DNA of 64,000 nt from a virus: the IMG/VR virus record IMGVR_UViG_3300020219_000012, positions 1-64,000 of that record. One strand, written 5' to 3'. The notes below the pieces were generated by a model, which ran no database searches, was not told the DNA's origin, and was given only the letters and a program-made list of their open reading frames with translations. The translations under genes and the position numbers were made by a program. Shown piece by piece: positions 15,006 to 25,109 of this stretch (position 1 is its first letter; every line of letters starts with the position of its first letter).

Positions 15006-17378
15006 ATGGAAAACCTATTCTCAGAAGACCCACAGTTCCGTCGCGTTCAGTACAAGAAGCTGTCGGACAACGCCCGTGAGTGGCAGCAGGAGATCGCAGC
15101 CCTGGTCGCCGAGAAGCTGCCGAAGGACCTTGGCCTGAGCATCGCCGTCACCTTCCAGAAGGTTGACGACGAAAAGGGTTACGCCATCGGTTCGGCGATT
15201 GCCTCCGACGAGAGCGGTAACTCGATCGGCATCCCGGCGATCGTCAAGTCATGGAATCTGGCGCCCATCGACCTGTTCTTCAAGGAGAACAAGGTCTACC
15301 CGCTGACCGATGACAACCTGGCCAAGGTCTTCTACCAGTCGAGCATGGGCACCGGCCTCGCCCCCGCGAACCCGCCTCCGGCGATGGCGGACGACAGCTT
15401 CGCAGAGGTCCGCTCGCCGCCCATGGGCGGGAAGTACTCCTACTCCTCGCCGCACTCGATGATTGGGGCGATCAGCGGGACCTTGGGCGCGGGCGATCTC
15501 CGGATGTTTAAGCAGGCTGTGGCACAGGAGCCGCGTCTGCTGGCGGCCTATCACCGCCGTGGCACCGACTCACTGCTGCGTAAGATCGCCGCCGAGGCTC
15601 CCAAGCAGACCGAGCAGGACGACGCCAACAAGGAGCGGGCCTCGGAGGTCTTCACCGTCAAGAAGGACGGCCCCAACCAGTACCGCCTGTTCTCGGCACC
15701 TGACGAGGTCTACGACCCGGTCATGATCTCGACCGATCGCCAGGGGCTCAAGCGCTTCCTGGAGATGCGCAAGTCCGAGCTGTGGGACTACGAGCAAGAT
15801 CCGCTCAACAGCATCGACCAGTACGGTCACTTCACCGTCATTCCTCCTGAGACGGTCTATGGCAAAGAGGTCGACGGCCCCGCCGGCAACATCAGCCTGG
15901 GCAAGCACCTGAATCCTTGGGTGTTCGATCCGCTACAGGACGACCGAATCGTCAGGACCGTCGACAAGTTCGGTCGCTACGGCGTCAAGGATGCCGACGG
16001 CGTTCTGGCCAAGGGCTGGGTCATCCCCAACGTCGTCGACTTCACTGGCGCCAGCAAGCCGATCAAGCTGTTCCTGGGCAAGTCGCTCGCCTCCATGCAG
16101 GGCCGCATTGCCGGCATCGCCCTCAACGACGATGCCGATGTCACGCTCAAGGCCGACCGGCCGGACACCGGCAAGATGGGGACCTTGGTTTACCGCGATG
16201 GGGACAGGGTGCTCGCCACCGTGCCCTTCCAGGTAACTTCGGTGACCGTCTACAAGAACCTTCGCAGCCTTGGCGTCGTTGACTACCAGGGCCACATCGC
16301 GAACCTGATCATCTCGCCCAATATCGACGGCATCGTCGCCGTCAACGACAAGCAGAAGTCAACCCTTGGGCCACTCCTGGGCGCCGGCAAGAACTACATC
16401 GTGTCGGCGAAGATGTTCTTCGTCCGCATGCCTCGCCTCTGCCAAGTCTCGGAAGGCCCCGACGACTTCAAGCGGATGGCAGCTGAGTGGCTGGACAAGA
16501 ATCCCGTAAAGGTGGCGCAGGCGAATGGCCGCTACATCTTCAAGGGTGGTGCGATCTCCAAGTATGCCAACCCGCTGTCGAGCCCCTCGCAGGGCGCCGG
16601 CACGATGGAAGTCAAAACGCCGGTAACCGCCCCCGCGGTCAAGCCGGGCATGGCCGGCAGCCTCGACAAGAAGGTAGAGACCCCGAAGCCCATCGCCCCC
16701 GCGGTCAAGCCGGGCATGGCCGGCAGCCTCGACAAGAAGGTAGAGACCCCGAAGCCCATCGCCCCTGCCGCTCCAGGTGCGGGCGCGACCGCGATGGGCA
16801 AAGTGTCGTTCGACTTCAACTCGCTGGCCCGCCACGAGGCTGAATTTCTGCTCGGCTACTGGGGGCTTGGCAGCGAGAAGGTCGCGGAGGTCCTCGACAG
16901 GTCCAGGGACCACATCCGCCTCGAGGTTCACCACCTACGCTTCCCTGCAGCTGGCCGGATGGCCAAGACGGCGTCGCCTAAGATCAAGGCATTCATCGAC
17001 TCGGTGCGGTCGCCTATCGGAGATCTGCTGAAGTGTGCTGCAAGCATCGACGATGCGCAGGCCGTTGACGCCGTCCTGTCTCTCGGATTCGTGAACGACG
17101 AGAACATCGTCAGGTTCGCGTCCGCCAAGCCGATGCTCTGGGAGGTTAGCCAGATGCTCGCCAAGCTGCTCCTGGCCTCCCGCCTGGGCATGGAGGATGT
17201 CCCCGAGGAGAACGTCAGGGCCGCCCTGGCTCACATCCAGAAGATCCTGGCCGGCCTCGAGCGCCTCCAGATGCTTAGCAAAACCCAAGAGAAGACGTCT
17301 GCCGTGAAGCAGTCGCCGCGGTCCCATGTTGGCGGCCGCCTGCTCCCGGCGGCGAGCTCCTACGGGTTTGTTCGATGA
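15006..17378 (+). CDS. Large putative head protein with multiple K-x-A sites
   Basis: 790 aa, AGGAG RBS; RKIAA, VKVAQ, SKYAN, EKVAE, AKTAS, LKCAA, EKTSA. Confidence 0.65.
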   Translation: MENLFSEDPQFRRVQYKKLSDNAREWQQEIAALVAEKLPKDLGLSIAVTFQKVDDEKGYAIGSAIASDESGNSIGIPAIVKSWNLAPIDLFFKENKVYPLTDDNLAKVFYQSSMGTGLAPANPPPAMADDSFAEVRSPPMGGKYSYSSPHSMIGAISGTLGAGDLRMFKQAVAQEPRLLAAYHRRGTDSLLRKIAAEAPKQTEQDDANKERASEVFTVKKDGPNQYRLFSAPDEVYDPVMISTDRQGLKRFLEMRKSELWDYEQDPLNSIDQYGHFTVIPPETVYGKEVDGPAGNISLGKHLNPWVFDPLQDDRIVRTVDKFGRYGVKDADGVLAKGWVIPNVVDFTGASKPIKLFLGKSLASMQGRIAGIALNDDADVTLKADRPDTGKMGTLVYRDGDRVLATVPFQVTSVTVYKNLRSLGVVDYQGHIANLIISPNIDGIVAVNDKQKSTLGPLLGAGKNYIVSAKMFFVRMPRLCQVSEGPDDFKRMAAEWLDKNPVKVAQANGRYIFKGGAISKYANPLSSPSQGAGTMEVKTPVTAPAVKPGMAGSLDKKVETPKPIAPAVKPGMAGSLDKKVETPKPIAPAAPGAGATAMGKVSFDFNSLARHEAEFLLGYWGLGSEKVAEVLDRSRDHIRLEVHHLRFPAAGRMAKTASPKIKAFIDSVRSPIGDLLKCAASIDDAQAVDAVLSLGFVNDENIVRFASAKPMLWEVSQMLAKLLLASRLGMEDVPEENVRAALAHIQKILAGLERLQMLSKTQEKTSAVKQSPRSHVGGRLLPAASSYGFVR
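16628..16765 (+). repeat. 66-bp perfect tandem repeat (x2), encodes APAVKPGMAGSLDKKVETPKPI
   Basis: Identical copies starting at 16628 and 16694. Confidence 0.95.
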
Positions 17379-17384
17379 ACCTGC

Positions 17385-18269
17385 GTGCGCTACCCCTACG
17401 AGAGATTCCTTAGATTCCTCGTTTCGCGCAAGGTTGACCCCAACCAGACGCTGAAGCGATACGGGCTTCCGCCCGTGAGCTCGCTATGGATCTCCGACTG
17501 TCGATCTGGGTTCCGCAGGTCAGCCCCGCACGCTCTTGTGCGGCACCTGGACTCCGACGATACCGAGCTCCTGACGACGGATGGCGTCGCGGAGTGGGCA
17601 GAGCGAGAGGGGATTCGCCTGCTCTGGGAGATTCAGCCGGAGCTCGGCGGCCTTGCGATGGCCAGGGAGCTGGACCTCTCGGCGAGGATCTTCGCCAACC
17701 AACAGGCCCGCCTGCGACTGGGGTTGTTTCTATTTTCGAAGGCTACCTCGTCCGAGATCGCCGAGCTCGCGGCCATCCACTTCGACATGGAGATCGATCC
17801 GCTCGTCATCGAGACGTATCGGAAGATCTTCTGGGATTCGCAGGCCGTTCCAAGTGGCGACTGGGAAACGCTCATCGACGCGATGGACAGGGACGAGCGC
17901 CACTACCTGGCGCTGGGATTCGAGAGACCAACCCTTGAGAACGTCCAGTGCATCCTGGGCATGAAGTACTCGCTGGAGCCCGATGCCGTCCTCAGGCGGT
18001 TGATGAATACCTCCATTGAGCAGTATGACTTGGCCATGAAGCAGCCGATTCCAGCGTCAGCCGACGCGTTGCGCTGGGGTGAGATGGCAAAGCAGGCGGC
18101 GGTCGCGCTGGCCGCCCATGTCCCCAAGAAGGCTCCCGAATCGTCGATTCCGAACGACTTTAACGGCCTGTTCACGGTTCAAATCTCCAAGTCCAACCAC
18201 ATCTCCCTGGCAAACCTGCAGGGTCGGGTAGGGGCGCCCTTGCCGCCCAAGCCCCCCGAGGAGGCGTAA
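17385..18269 (+). CDS. Putative terminase small subunit / hypothetical protein
   Basis: Helical 294-aa ORF coupled (TAATG) to terminase large subunit; assignment by position only. Confidence 0.4.
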   Translation: MRYPYERFLRFLVSRKVDPNQTLKRYGLPPVSSLWISDCRSGFRRSAPHALVRHLDSDDTELLTTDGVAEWAEREGIRLLWEIQPELGGLAMARELDLSARIFANQQARLRLGLFLFSKATSSEIAELAAIHFDMEIDPLVIETYRKIFWDSQAVPSGDWETLIDAMDRDERHYLALGFERPTLENVQCILGMKYSLEPDAVLRRLMNTSIEQYDLAMKQPIPASADALRWGEMAKQAAVALAAHVPKKAPESSIPNDFNGLFTVQISKSNHISLANLQGRVGAPLPPKPPEEA

Positions 18270-20059
18270 TGGAGGGCCCAGATCTCGAGGGCGACGATAG
18301 CGACCTGGAGGCGGACCCATTTGACTTCACAGGCAAGGAGATCGATCACGACGCTCCGGCGTTCGCCAACGACGTCAAGCGGGACGGCCAGTATGACTGG
18401 GAGCCACGCCTCACCCAGCTGACCCGACCCGGCAAGGCACGCCCAACCTTCCAGGGCCGCAAGAGCGACATTGCCCAGGCCGTGCTCTATCACCTTGGCC
18501 GGCCGCTCCGCCTCGACAACCACGCCTTCATGCTCCCCATCTACAACGATGAGGATGAGCGCCTGGTAATGAAGTGCAGTCGACAGGTTTCGAAATCCAC
18601 GACTGTCTGCAACCTGCAAATTATCGAATCGATCATTCGCCCGCACTGGCGGTCTCTCTACGTCTCGCCGTCCGCCCTCCAGACGCGGCAGTACTCCAAC
18701 GAGAAGCTGCGGCCGACGCTGATCGAGTCCCCGTTCGTCCAGCGCTACCTGTTCAACAAGGGCGTCACGGACCAGGTCTTCGAGAAGACCCTCGCTAACG
18801 GCTCGTACATCTTCCTGCGTTACGCCTTCCTCACGGCCGCTCGAGCTCGAGGCATCCCAGCCAGCCGCGTCTTCTTCGACGAGGCTCAGGATCTCCTCAA
18901 GGACAACATCAAGGTCATCAGCCAGTCGCTGTCGGCGTCGCGGCTCTCGATGGGTGTCCCGGGCAAAGAGATGATTACCGGCACCCCGTTGACCTTCTCG
19001 AACGCGCTCGAGGAGTACTGGCAGTGGTCCACCCAGAACGAATGGATGGTCCCCTGCGACTGCACCGGCGGCGAATCGGGCCGTTACTGGAATTACCTGG
19101 ACGCTCGCAGCATCGGCAGGAAGGGGCTGATCTGCTCGAAGTGCGGCAAGGCCATCAATCCGGCGCAGGGTCAGTGGGTCAGCTTCGCTCCAAATGAGTT
19201 CTACGTCGGCTACCACATCTCACAGCTGATGGTCCCGTGGAAGCAGAGCGAGGACGCCTGGCGGACCGAGATCGTTATGCCGCACGAGAAATGGCCGGAG
19301 TCGAAGTTCAACAATGAGATCTTGGGGATCTCCTACGACAATGCATCCGCGCCGGTTACGCGCATGGACATCCAGCAGAACTGCTGGCCGGTCAAGAAGC
19401 ACGAAGGCATCGACAGCTCGAACTTCACTTACTCGCGGGGGCCGGCCCATAGCGGCCTGCGCATCTTTGCCGGCATCGACTGGGGCGAAGGTCGCGAAGA
19501 GGGTGAGGTCAACTCGGGCAGGAAGAAGTTCGCTTCTTGGACCGTCCTGACCCTCGGAGCCTACGTCAACGCCGAGACCTTCTGGCCCTTCATGATGAAG
19601 CGGTACGTCGGCAAGGAGGTCGATCCGGAGCTAATCCTCCCCGACGTCGAACACATCTGCGCCCACTGGAACGTCGAAATCATCGGCGCCGACTGGGGTC
19701 ACGGATGGGGCATGAACAGCCGCCTGTTCAAGAGCCGTGGGAGGGAAGGCGTCATGCAGTTTGCCTACTCCGCCAACCTTGGCGAGCGCAAGCGCTGGGA
19801 CTCCAACGCCTACAAGTTCATCGTCAATCGGAACGCTGCCATGTCCACCTTTTTTGGTGACATCAAGCAGGGGAATTTCATGTTCCCCGCCTGGGACGCC
19901 TTCGAGCCATTCGCCAAGGACATCCTGGCCGAGTACGTAGAGTACAACGATCGCACCCGGACTATGATGTACGACCATCCTATCGACCAACCGGATGACG
20001 CCCTCCACAGCATGGTTTATGCGAAACTCGCCGCCGACATCACCCTCGGAAAGTTCTAG
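18269..20059 (+). CDS. terL: Terminase large subunit (lambda GpA-like)
   Basis: KCSRQVSKST Walker A, FFDEAQD Walker B, ITGTP motif III, CxC..CxxC Zn module, nuclease IFAGIDWG..GADWG..PDDALHS. Confidence 0.88.
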   Translation: MEGPDLEGDDSDLEADPFDFTGKEIDHDAPAFANDVKRDGQYDWEPRLTQLTRPGKARPTFQGRKSDIAQAVLYHLGRPLRLDNHAFMLPIYNDEDERLVMKCSRQVSKSTTVCNLQIIESIIRPHWRSLYVSPSALQTRQYSNEKLRPTLIESPFVQRYLFNKGVTDQVFEKTLANGSYIFLRYAFLTAARARGIPASRVFFDEAQDLLKDNIKVISQSLSASRLSMGVPGKEMITGTPLTFSNALEEYWQWSTQNEWMVPCDCTGGESGRYWNYLDARSIGRKGLICSKCGKAINPAQGQWVSFAPNEFYVGYHISQLMVPWKQSEDAWRTEIVMPHEKWPESKFNNEILGISYDNASAPVTRMDIQQNCWPVKKHEGIDSSNFTYSRGPAHSGLRIFAGIDWGEGREEGEVNSGRKKFASWTVLTLGAYVNAETFWPFMMKRYVGKEVDPELILPDVEHICAHWNVEIIGADWGHGWGMNSRLFKSRGREGVMQFAYSANLGERKRWDSNAYKFIVNRNAAMSTFFGDIKQGNFMFPAWDAFEPFAKDILAEYVEYNDRTRTMMYDHPIDQPDDALHSMVYAKLAADITLGKF

Positions 20060-20065
20060 GCGACC

Positions 20066-20272
20066 ATGGCCCGCGGCCCCTACCTCCAGTACCGCTACGA
20101 GATCTTGTCCGACGCGATCTACGTGGGCGAGGCGGCTCGTGGCGAGCTGTCCAGCGAGGCCGTCTGGACGATCAAGAAGATCGAACTCAGTCCCGATGGG
20201 GACCCGACGCGGGTTCGATGGACCGACACCACGGGGGTATGGGACAATCGCGCCACCGAGACGTACACCTAG
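20066..20272 (+). CDS. Small hypothetical virion protein
   Basis: 68 aa, IYVGEA..WTIKKI..WDNRA pattern. Confidence 0.55.
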   Translation: MARGPYLQYRYEILSDAIYVGEAARGELSSEAVWTIKKIELSPDGDPTRVRWTDTTGVWDNRATETYT

Positions 20273-20289
20273 TACCCTGAGGCAAATCC

Positions 20290-22674
20290 ATGGCGCTGAT
20301 TACCGACCCCGACAACCTTTCCCAGGGCTTCTCCACAACGGTCGCGCTCGCGACCTGGACTGGCGCCGCGGGCGCGGCTGTGGCTATCACGGCGGCCGCG
20401 ACGCTGCCGGCGATGGGTACAGCCGACTACTTCGAGGTCCGAGATCACTCAGTGCCCGGAAACAACGGTCTGTATCTCACGACCGGCACTCCGACGACGT
20501 CGTCTATTTCTTGCACCAAGCAGACGGGTGTTAACCCGGTCAACTCGGCAGCCGAGGCCATCCGGGTACTTGGTCGCAACAACACTCTCGCTGATGAGAA
20601 GGTGATCCACTTCGACGTGGACGCCCGGGAGATCTGGATTCTAGGCGGCATGGGTAACGTCTCGAATGACGGCGTCATGCTGCAGACCATCTATTCCTTC
20701 GCCAAGGAAGAGTGGAAGGACGACGTTGACCTGATCCAGCACCCGTTCCCGTTCACGGCGATTACGCCAGAGCAGTTCGAGCTCACCGACTCGTGGAACT
20801 TCAACAACGACACCACACGCAAGCTGGTGCGGACCGGCGGCTGGCGCGAGATCAGCTCGGCGGACATCCTCCAGCAGGAGTGGGTTGGCGTCGTAACGCT
20901 CGGCAGCTTCGAGGACGAAACCGCCGTCACCGGCGACCGAGCGTATTACCAGCAGGGGTCCGACCCAGTCGACACGGCCGCGGCCGTGAACTTCTCGTTC
21001 ACCGGGCCCGTAAACGAGGCGGTCAAGAGCTACGACCTTGTAACGTCGCCTTCGACCTACACCACGATCGCGATCACGACCAACAACACGCTGACGCGCT
21101 CGATCGGGTCGTGGATCACCGAGGGGTATCGGAAGGGTGGGCGCATTACCATCGCGAGCGCTGAGGACGGCGGGAACAACGGCACCTGGACCATCGCCTC
21201 CGTTACGGCTCTCGTTTTGGTGGTTACCGCCTCGTCGCTGGTCAACAACGCAGCCGATACGGCGCTGACAGGGGCGGTCAACAACCGCAACATCCTCAAC
21301 GTGTTCCTTCGCGTCCGCGATGCGGACACGAACGGCAAGACGTTCTCGCAGTCGAACCTGGCGGCCATCGGCACGACTGCCGTTGACAACAAGGTGTTTC
21401 GTTTCCCGCTCACTAACTCGACCGACCTCAAGATCGGCGAGACCGACGCGAACATCGCGGCCAACTCGCCGTACACGCAGATCAGGGCCAGGTACTTCGA
21501 TCAGGCGTTCTCCGTCGAGGTCGACAGCGGCACCAATCGAAACTACGGAATCGTCATCGATGTAGGAACTCACTCTGGAGTCGATGGCTCCACTGCGAGT
21601 GGTTTCACCCTCACATCCGCCGAAGGCGCCATCCCAACCGACGCGACCTACACCGGCGGCACGATCACCGTCTGGGACGGCACTCCAGACGGCACGGCCT
21701 ACACTATCGACGGAACGCCGACGGCGACGGTCGTTACGATCACGGGCACCTTCCCGTCGACGGAGTCGAATCTCTCGTTCACGCTTCAGCGGGCCACGCC
21801 CGTCGTGGCCACGGCCGAGCAGATCTACGAGAAAGTCCAGTACCTTCTTCGGCAGGCGGCCGACGTCGACTCGACTGACCAGACGGTCACGGGGCGAACC
21901 GCCGACGCCTTGCTGCGCTTCGTCGGAGACACTCTCGAGTGCGGGCAGGCGATCCCGAGCAACCCGAACGGTGGCGGCTCAGGCGTCATCATCGTTGGGT
22001 TCGACTCGAACGACACCAACCGACTCACGTTTTTCGACAACACCGGCACCAGCCGAAACTACCCGTTCGTCGCGGCCGGTTCGATCAACTTCAACGCCAA
22101 CCTCGTCAACGACGGGTCGGCGAAATACTGGATGTTTTACGAGTACGTTGCGCGCAAGTCGGTCGCCGATCTCGCCATCAGCGCCTCCTCTGGCTCGACT
22201 GCTAGCATCGATTCGTCAGGTGCAAACCTGCCGGCAGTTGCCCAGAACGACTACATCAACATCCTCGGCGCCGCCAGCCCCAAAAACAACGGCATCTGGC
22301 TGGTCACGGATGCAGCGCCCACGACCTCGCAGTTCGACGCGCGCAAAGTAGATGGCGTGACCGTTGTGAACCAGACCGCGTTCGCGGGAACGATCGACGA
22401 CAACCCGGTCAACAGCCCGCAGGCAATCATCGTCAACAACAACGCTGGCGACGCCGTCGCTGGAACGATTGGTGGCGCATCGGTCGGATTCGACTTCGAC
22501 TACGACAACAACGTTCAAGGTGGTCGGGTGGCAGCCACCGACGCCGCGGTCCGCCTGCGGGCCATCGGCCTCAACTCGGGGCAGTTTGTTGAGACCACAG
22601 GTACCATCACCCGAGCGACGGGGCTCACGTTCTCCCTGGTGGCGGCCCTCGAGCGTAATTATTCCAATACCTAA
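20290..22674 (+). CDS. Tail/fibre-associated structural protein
   Basis: 794 aa Thr/Gly/Asn beta-rich with repeated NNG-x-[YW] modules; ends ERNYSNT. Confidence 0.65.
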   Translation: MALITDPDNLSQGFSTTVALATWTGAAGAAVAITAAATLPAMGTADYFEVRDHSVPGNNGLYLTTGTPTTSSISCTKQTGVNPVNSAAEAIRVLGRNNTLADEKVIHFDVDAREIWILGGMGNVSNDGVMLQTIYSFAKEEWKDDVDLIQHPFPFTAITPEQFELTDSWNFNNDTTRKLVRTGGWREISSADILQQEWVGVVTLGSFEDETAVTGDRAYYQQGSDPVDTAAAVNFSFTGPVNEAVKSYDLVTSPSTYTTIAITTNNTLTRSIGSWITEGYRKGGRITIASAEDGGNNGTWTIASVTALVLVVTASSLVNNAADTALTGAVNNRNILNVFLRVRDADTNGKTFSQSNLAAIGTTAVDNKVFRFPLTNSTDLKIGETDANIAANSPYTQIRARYFDQAFSVEVDSGTNRNYGIVIDVGTHSGVDGSTASGFTLTSAEGAIPTDATYTGGTITVWDGTPDGTAYTIDGTPTATVVTITGTFPSTESNLSFTLQRATPVVATAEQIYEKVQYLLRQAADVDSTDQTVTGRTADALLRFVGDTLECGQAIPSNPNGGGSGVIIVGFDSNDTNRLTFFDNTGTSRNYPFVAAGSINFNANLVNDGSAKYWMFYEYVARKSVADLAISASSGSTASIDSSGANLPAVAQNDYINILGAASPKNNGIWLVTDAAPTTSQFDARKVDGVTVVNQTAFAGTIDDNPVNSPQAIIVNNNAGDAVAGTIGGASVGFDFDYDNNVQGGRVAATDAAVRLRAIGLNSGQFVETTGTITRATGLTFSLVAALERNYSNT

Positions 22675-22691
22675 AGGGGTAGAGTGCCCAC

Positions 22692-25097
22692 GTGGCCTAT
22701 GTCTTCGACTTTCTGACCCAGAGCAGCACCGTGGGTGCTGCGGCAGTCGTTGTCACACTGCCGGCTCACCTGGCCGACGATGTTATCGTGGTCTGCGTAT
22801 CCGCCGACGGCGGTGGCACGCTGACCGCGACCTGGGGCGGAACCTCGACCGGAGCCGGTCAGGTTGGTGCAACACAGGTCAGCGGAGCGCTGCTCTCGGC
22901 GGCTGTCTTCTACGCCCGCGCCACAGGGGCGGGTGCGACGGTGACCGTGAACATGGGGACGTTGGATGCCATCCACATCCACACGGTAATCCTGCGAGAC
23001 TGCGACACCACCTCATTCCTGGACATCGGCGACGCAGCGGTGGAGGCGTCGGCGTCGGCGGTTACGACCGGCTCGGTCACTACAACGGCTGCGGACTGCC
23101 TGATCCTTCACTACCTCGCAATCGACAACCCGATCACGCCGATCGCCGCGCACTCCAGGCCCGGCCCGGCGGCGACGATGCAGTTCCTGGATTCATCGGA
23201 TAACGGTGGAATCACCGTCACGACAGCGGCGGGCGGGGCGATCGGCTGGTACTTCCAGCGCGATGCCGGCGCGACACCCCAGCCCGTCTGGGACCTGAGC
23301 GTCTCGGGTATCACCGCCCGGTTCGTGATGGCCTTCCGCAATAAGTCGGGCGGAACGATTCCGCCGTACGTGGATGACTCGGCGCAGCTCGGGACTCAGC
23401 TGATGACCGGAAGCTGGTGGCTGTCGGCCACCACCGTCAACAATCAGAACTTCAAGGCGACACCGCTGACGTATGCCAACATCGGCCCCAGCGGCGCCGG
23501 CCAGGCGACGGCGTTCGATGCCGGCGCCGCGGTGGTCGACGCTGGCCTGAATCCATACTCAAGCGCCGTCAGGAGCACGCCTTCGGCCAGCGCGTCAACC
23601 GCGGGCGGCTTCGAGGTCGGATTTCCTACAGCCGCTGTCGATATGACCACGGGCTGGGTAGTTGGGGCGCTCCAGGCATCCACGTCCAAAATGGCCCTCT
23701 TCCACCAGGGATCTATTTCCCAGGGAGGGACCTTCCTGGTCATCGGCCAGGGTGCAAATTACCGAAGCTACAAAGTAATGGCCCGCAACAACCGCGATGG
23801 GGCCGGGGCAGGCTTTGCGATCTTCTCGGTCCAGGCAAACCAAACCCAGACTCGCTTCGGATTCAGCGCCACGGCGCCAACTATCACGGCGATCGACAAG
23901 CTCTTGGTCCTGCACAAGGGACAAAACGCCACGGGCTCGTTTTACTACATGGACTTTCACCTCATCAAGCGGGTGATCCTGGCCGGTGGCGACGCGACAA
24001 CCCCGGTTGATTCCGCGGGCGTCGCCGACATCGGCAAGTTCTGCAGATTACCGCTGCTTACCAAGTCCGGTGCCGCCGGCATCATCGCCTATGTTCCGAT
24101 TCAGGTCGGCGGCGGCGATGCCATCAATTTTCAGATCGCTGCCGGCGCCCTGCAGTTCCCGCGCATCTCGTCCGAGGCGGCGAAGGAAGTGAACTACCAC
24201 GGGGAGGATGGCGCCATCGGCATCAGCTATGCCGGCAAGAGCGGCGACGTCATCAAGCACACGAACTCGGTCGTCACATCGAAGAGCCCGTACTACTGGG
24301 AGATCAATTCAGCCGCCACGGCCGCGGCGGCCTGGGACTTCACGGGGCTGGCCATCGTTAATGCGAACGTGACACTACGCAACGTCGTGACGTTCTCGAG
24401 CATGACGTTCAACTCGTGCCCCACCCTGACCTTCTCTGATTGTCTGCTGACGTCTTGTGTGATCGGCGGCGTACCTGCGGCCAGCGATACAATGACGGCC
24501 ACGGCGGCGACCCTGATATCGAGCACCTCGATCGATGTCACCGGAGTCGCCGCTGGCAACAACTGGTGCAGCATCGTGACGCCCAGCATCTTTCAGTCAT
24601 GCGCATTCACTGGCTCTGCATCGACTGGTCATGCGATGCGCATTACAGCGGCGGGAACATATTCCTTCATCGGCAACACCTTCAGCGGCTTCGGCGCGGG
24701 AGACACGACATCGGCGGCCATTTACAATGACTCCGGCGGCCTCGTCACGCTCAACATCTCCGGCGGTGGATCCACCCCGACGATCAGGAACGGCGCTGCC
24801 GCCTCGACGGTCGTGAACAACAATGTAAACGTCACATTCACCGGGTTGCGAGACAGTACTGAGGTTCGCGTCTACACAACCAGCACGACTACGGAGCTTG
24901 CCGGCATCGAGGATGCGACCGACGGAACCGCCGACGCTCGCACGTTCACATTCGCCCTGGCTGCCGGCGTCATCGTTGATGTTCGAATTCACAACAAGAC
25001 ATATGAAGCCCTATCCTTGTTAGCTTTCACGATCCCGGCCTCCGATTCCTCGATTCCGATCTCCCAGCGCTTTGACCGTAACTTCAGCAACCCCTGA
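22692..25097 (+). CDS. Tail fibre/adhesin-like structural protein
   Basis: 801 aa beta-rich, beta-helix-like C-terminal half; ends DRNFSNP. Confidence 0.65.
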   Translation: MAYVFDFLTQSSTVGAAAVVVTLPAHLADDVIVVCVSADGGGTLTATWGGTSTGAGQVGATQVSGALLSAAVFYARATGAGATVTVNMGTLDAIHIHTVILRDCDTTSFLDIGDAAVEASASAVTTGSVTTTAADCLILHYLAIDNPITPIAAHSRPGPAATMQFLDSSDNGGITVTTAAGGAIGWYFQRDAGATPQPVWDLSVSGITARFVMAFRNKSGGTIPPYVDDSAQLGTQLMTGSWWLSATTVNNQNFKATPLTYANIGPSGAGQATAFDAGAAVVDAGLNPYSSAVRSTPSASASTAGGFEVGFPTAAVDMTTGWVVGALQASTSKMALFHQGSISQGGTFLVIGQGANYRSYKVMARNNRDGAGAGFAIFSVQANQTQTRFGFSATAPTITAIDKLLVLHKGQNATGSFYYMDFHLIKRVILAGGDATTPVDSAGVADIGKFCRLPLLTKSGAAGIIAYVPIQVGGGDAINFQIAAGALQFPRISSEAAKEVNYHGEDGAIGISYAGKSGDVIKHTNSVVTSKSPYYWEINSAATAAAAWDFTGLAIVNANVTLRNVVTFSSMTFNSCPTLTFSDCLLTSCVIGGVPAASDTMTATAATLISSTSIDVTGVAAGNNWCSIVTPSIFQSCAFTGSASTGHAMRITAAGTYSFIGNTFSGFGAGDTTSAAIYNDSGGLVTLNISGGGSTPTIRNGAAASTVVNNNVNVTFTGLRDSTEVRVYTTSTTTELAGIEDATDGTADARTFTFALAAGVIVDVRIHNKTYEALSLLAFTIPASDSSIPISQRFDRNFSNP

Positions 25098-25109
25098 GAC
25101 ACCCACCCA

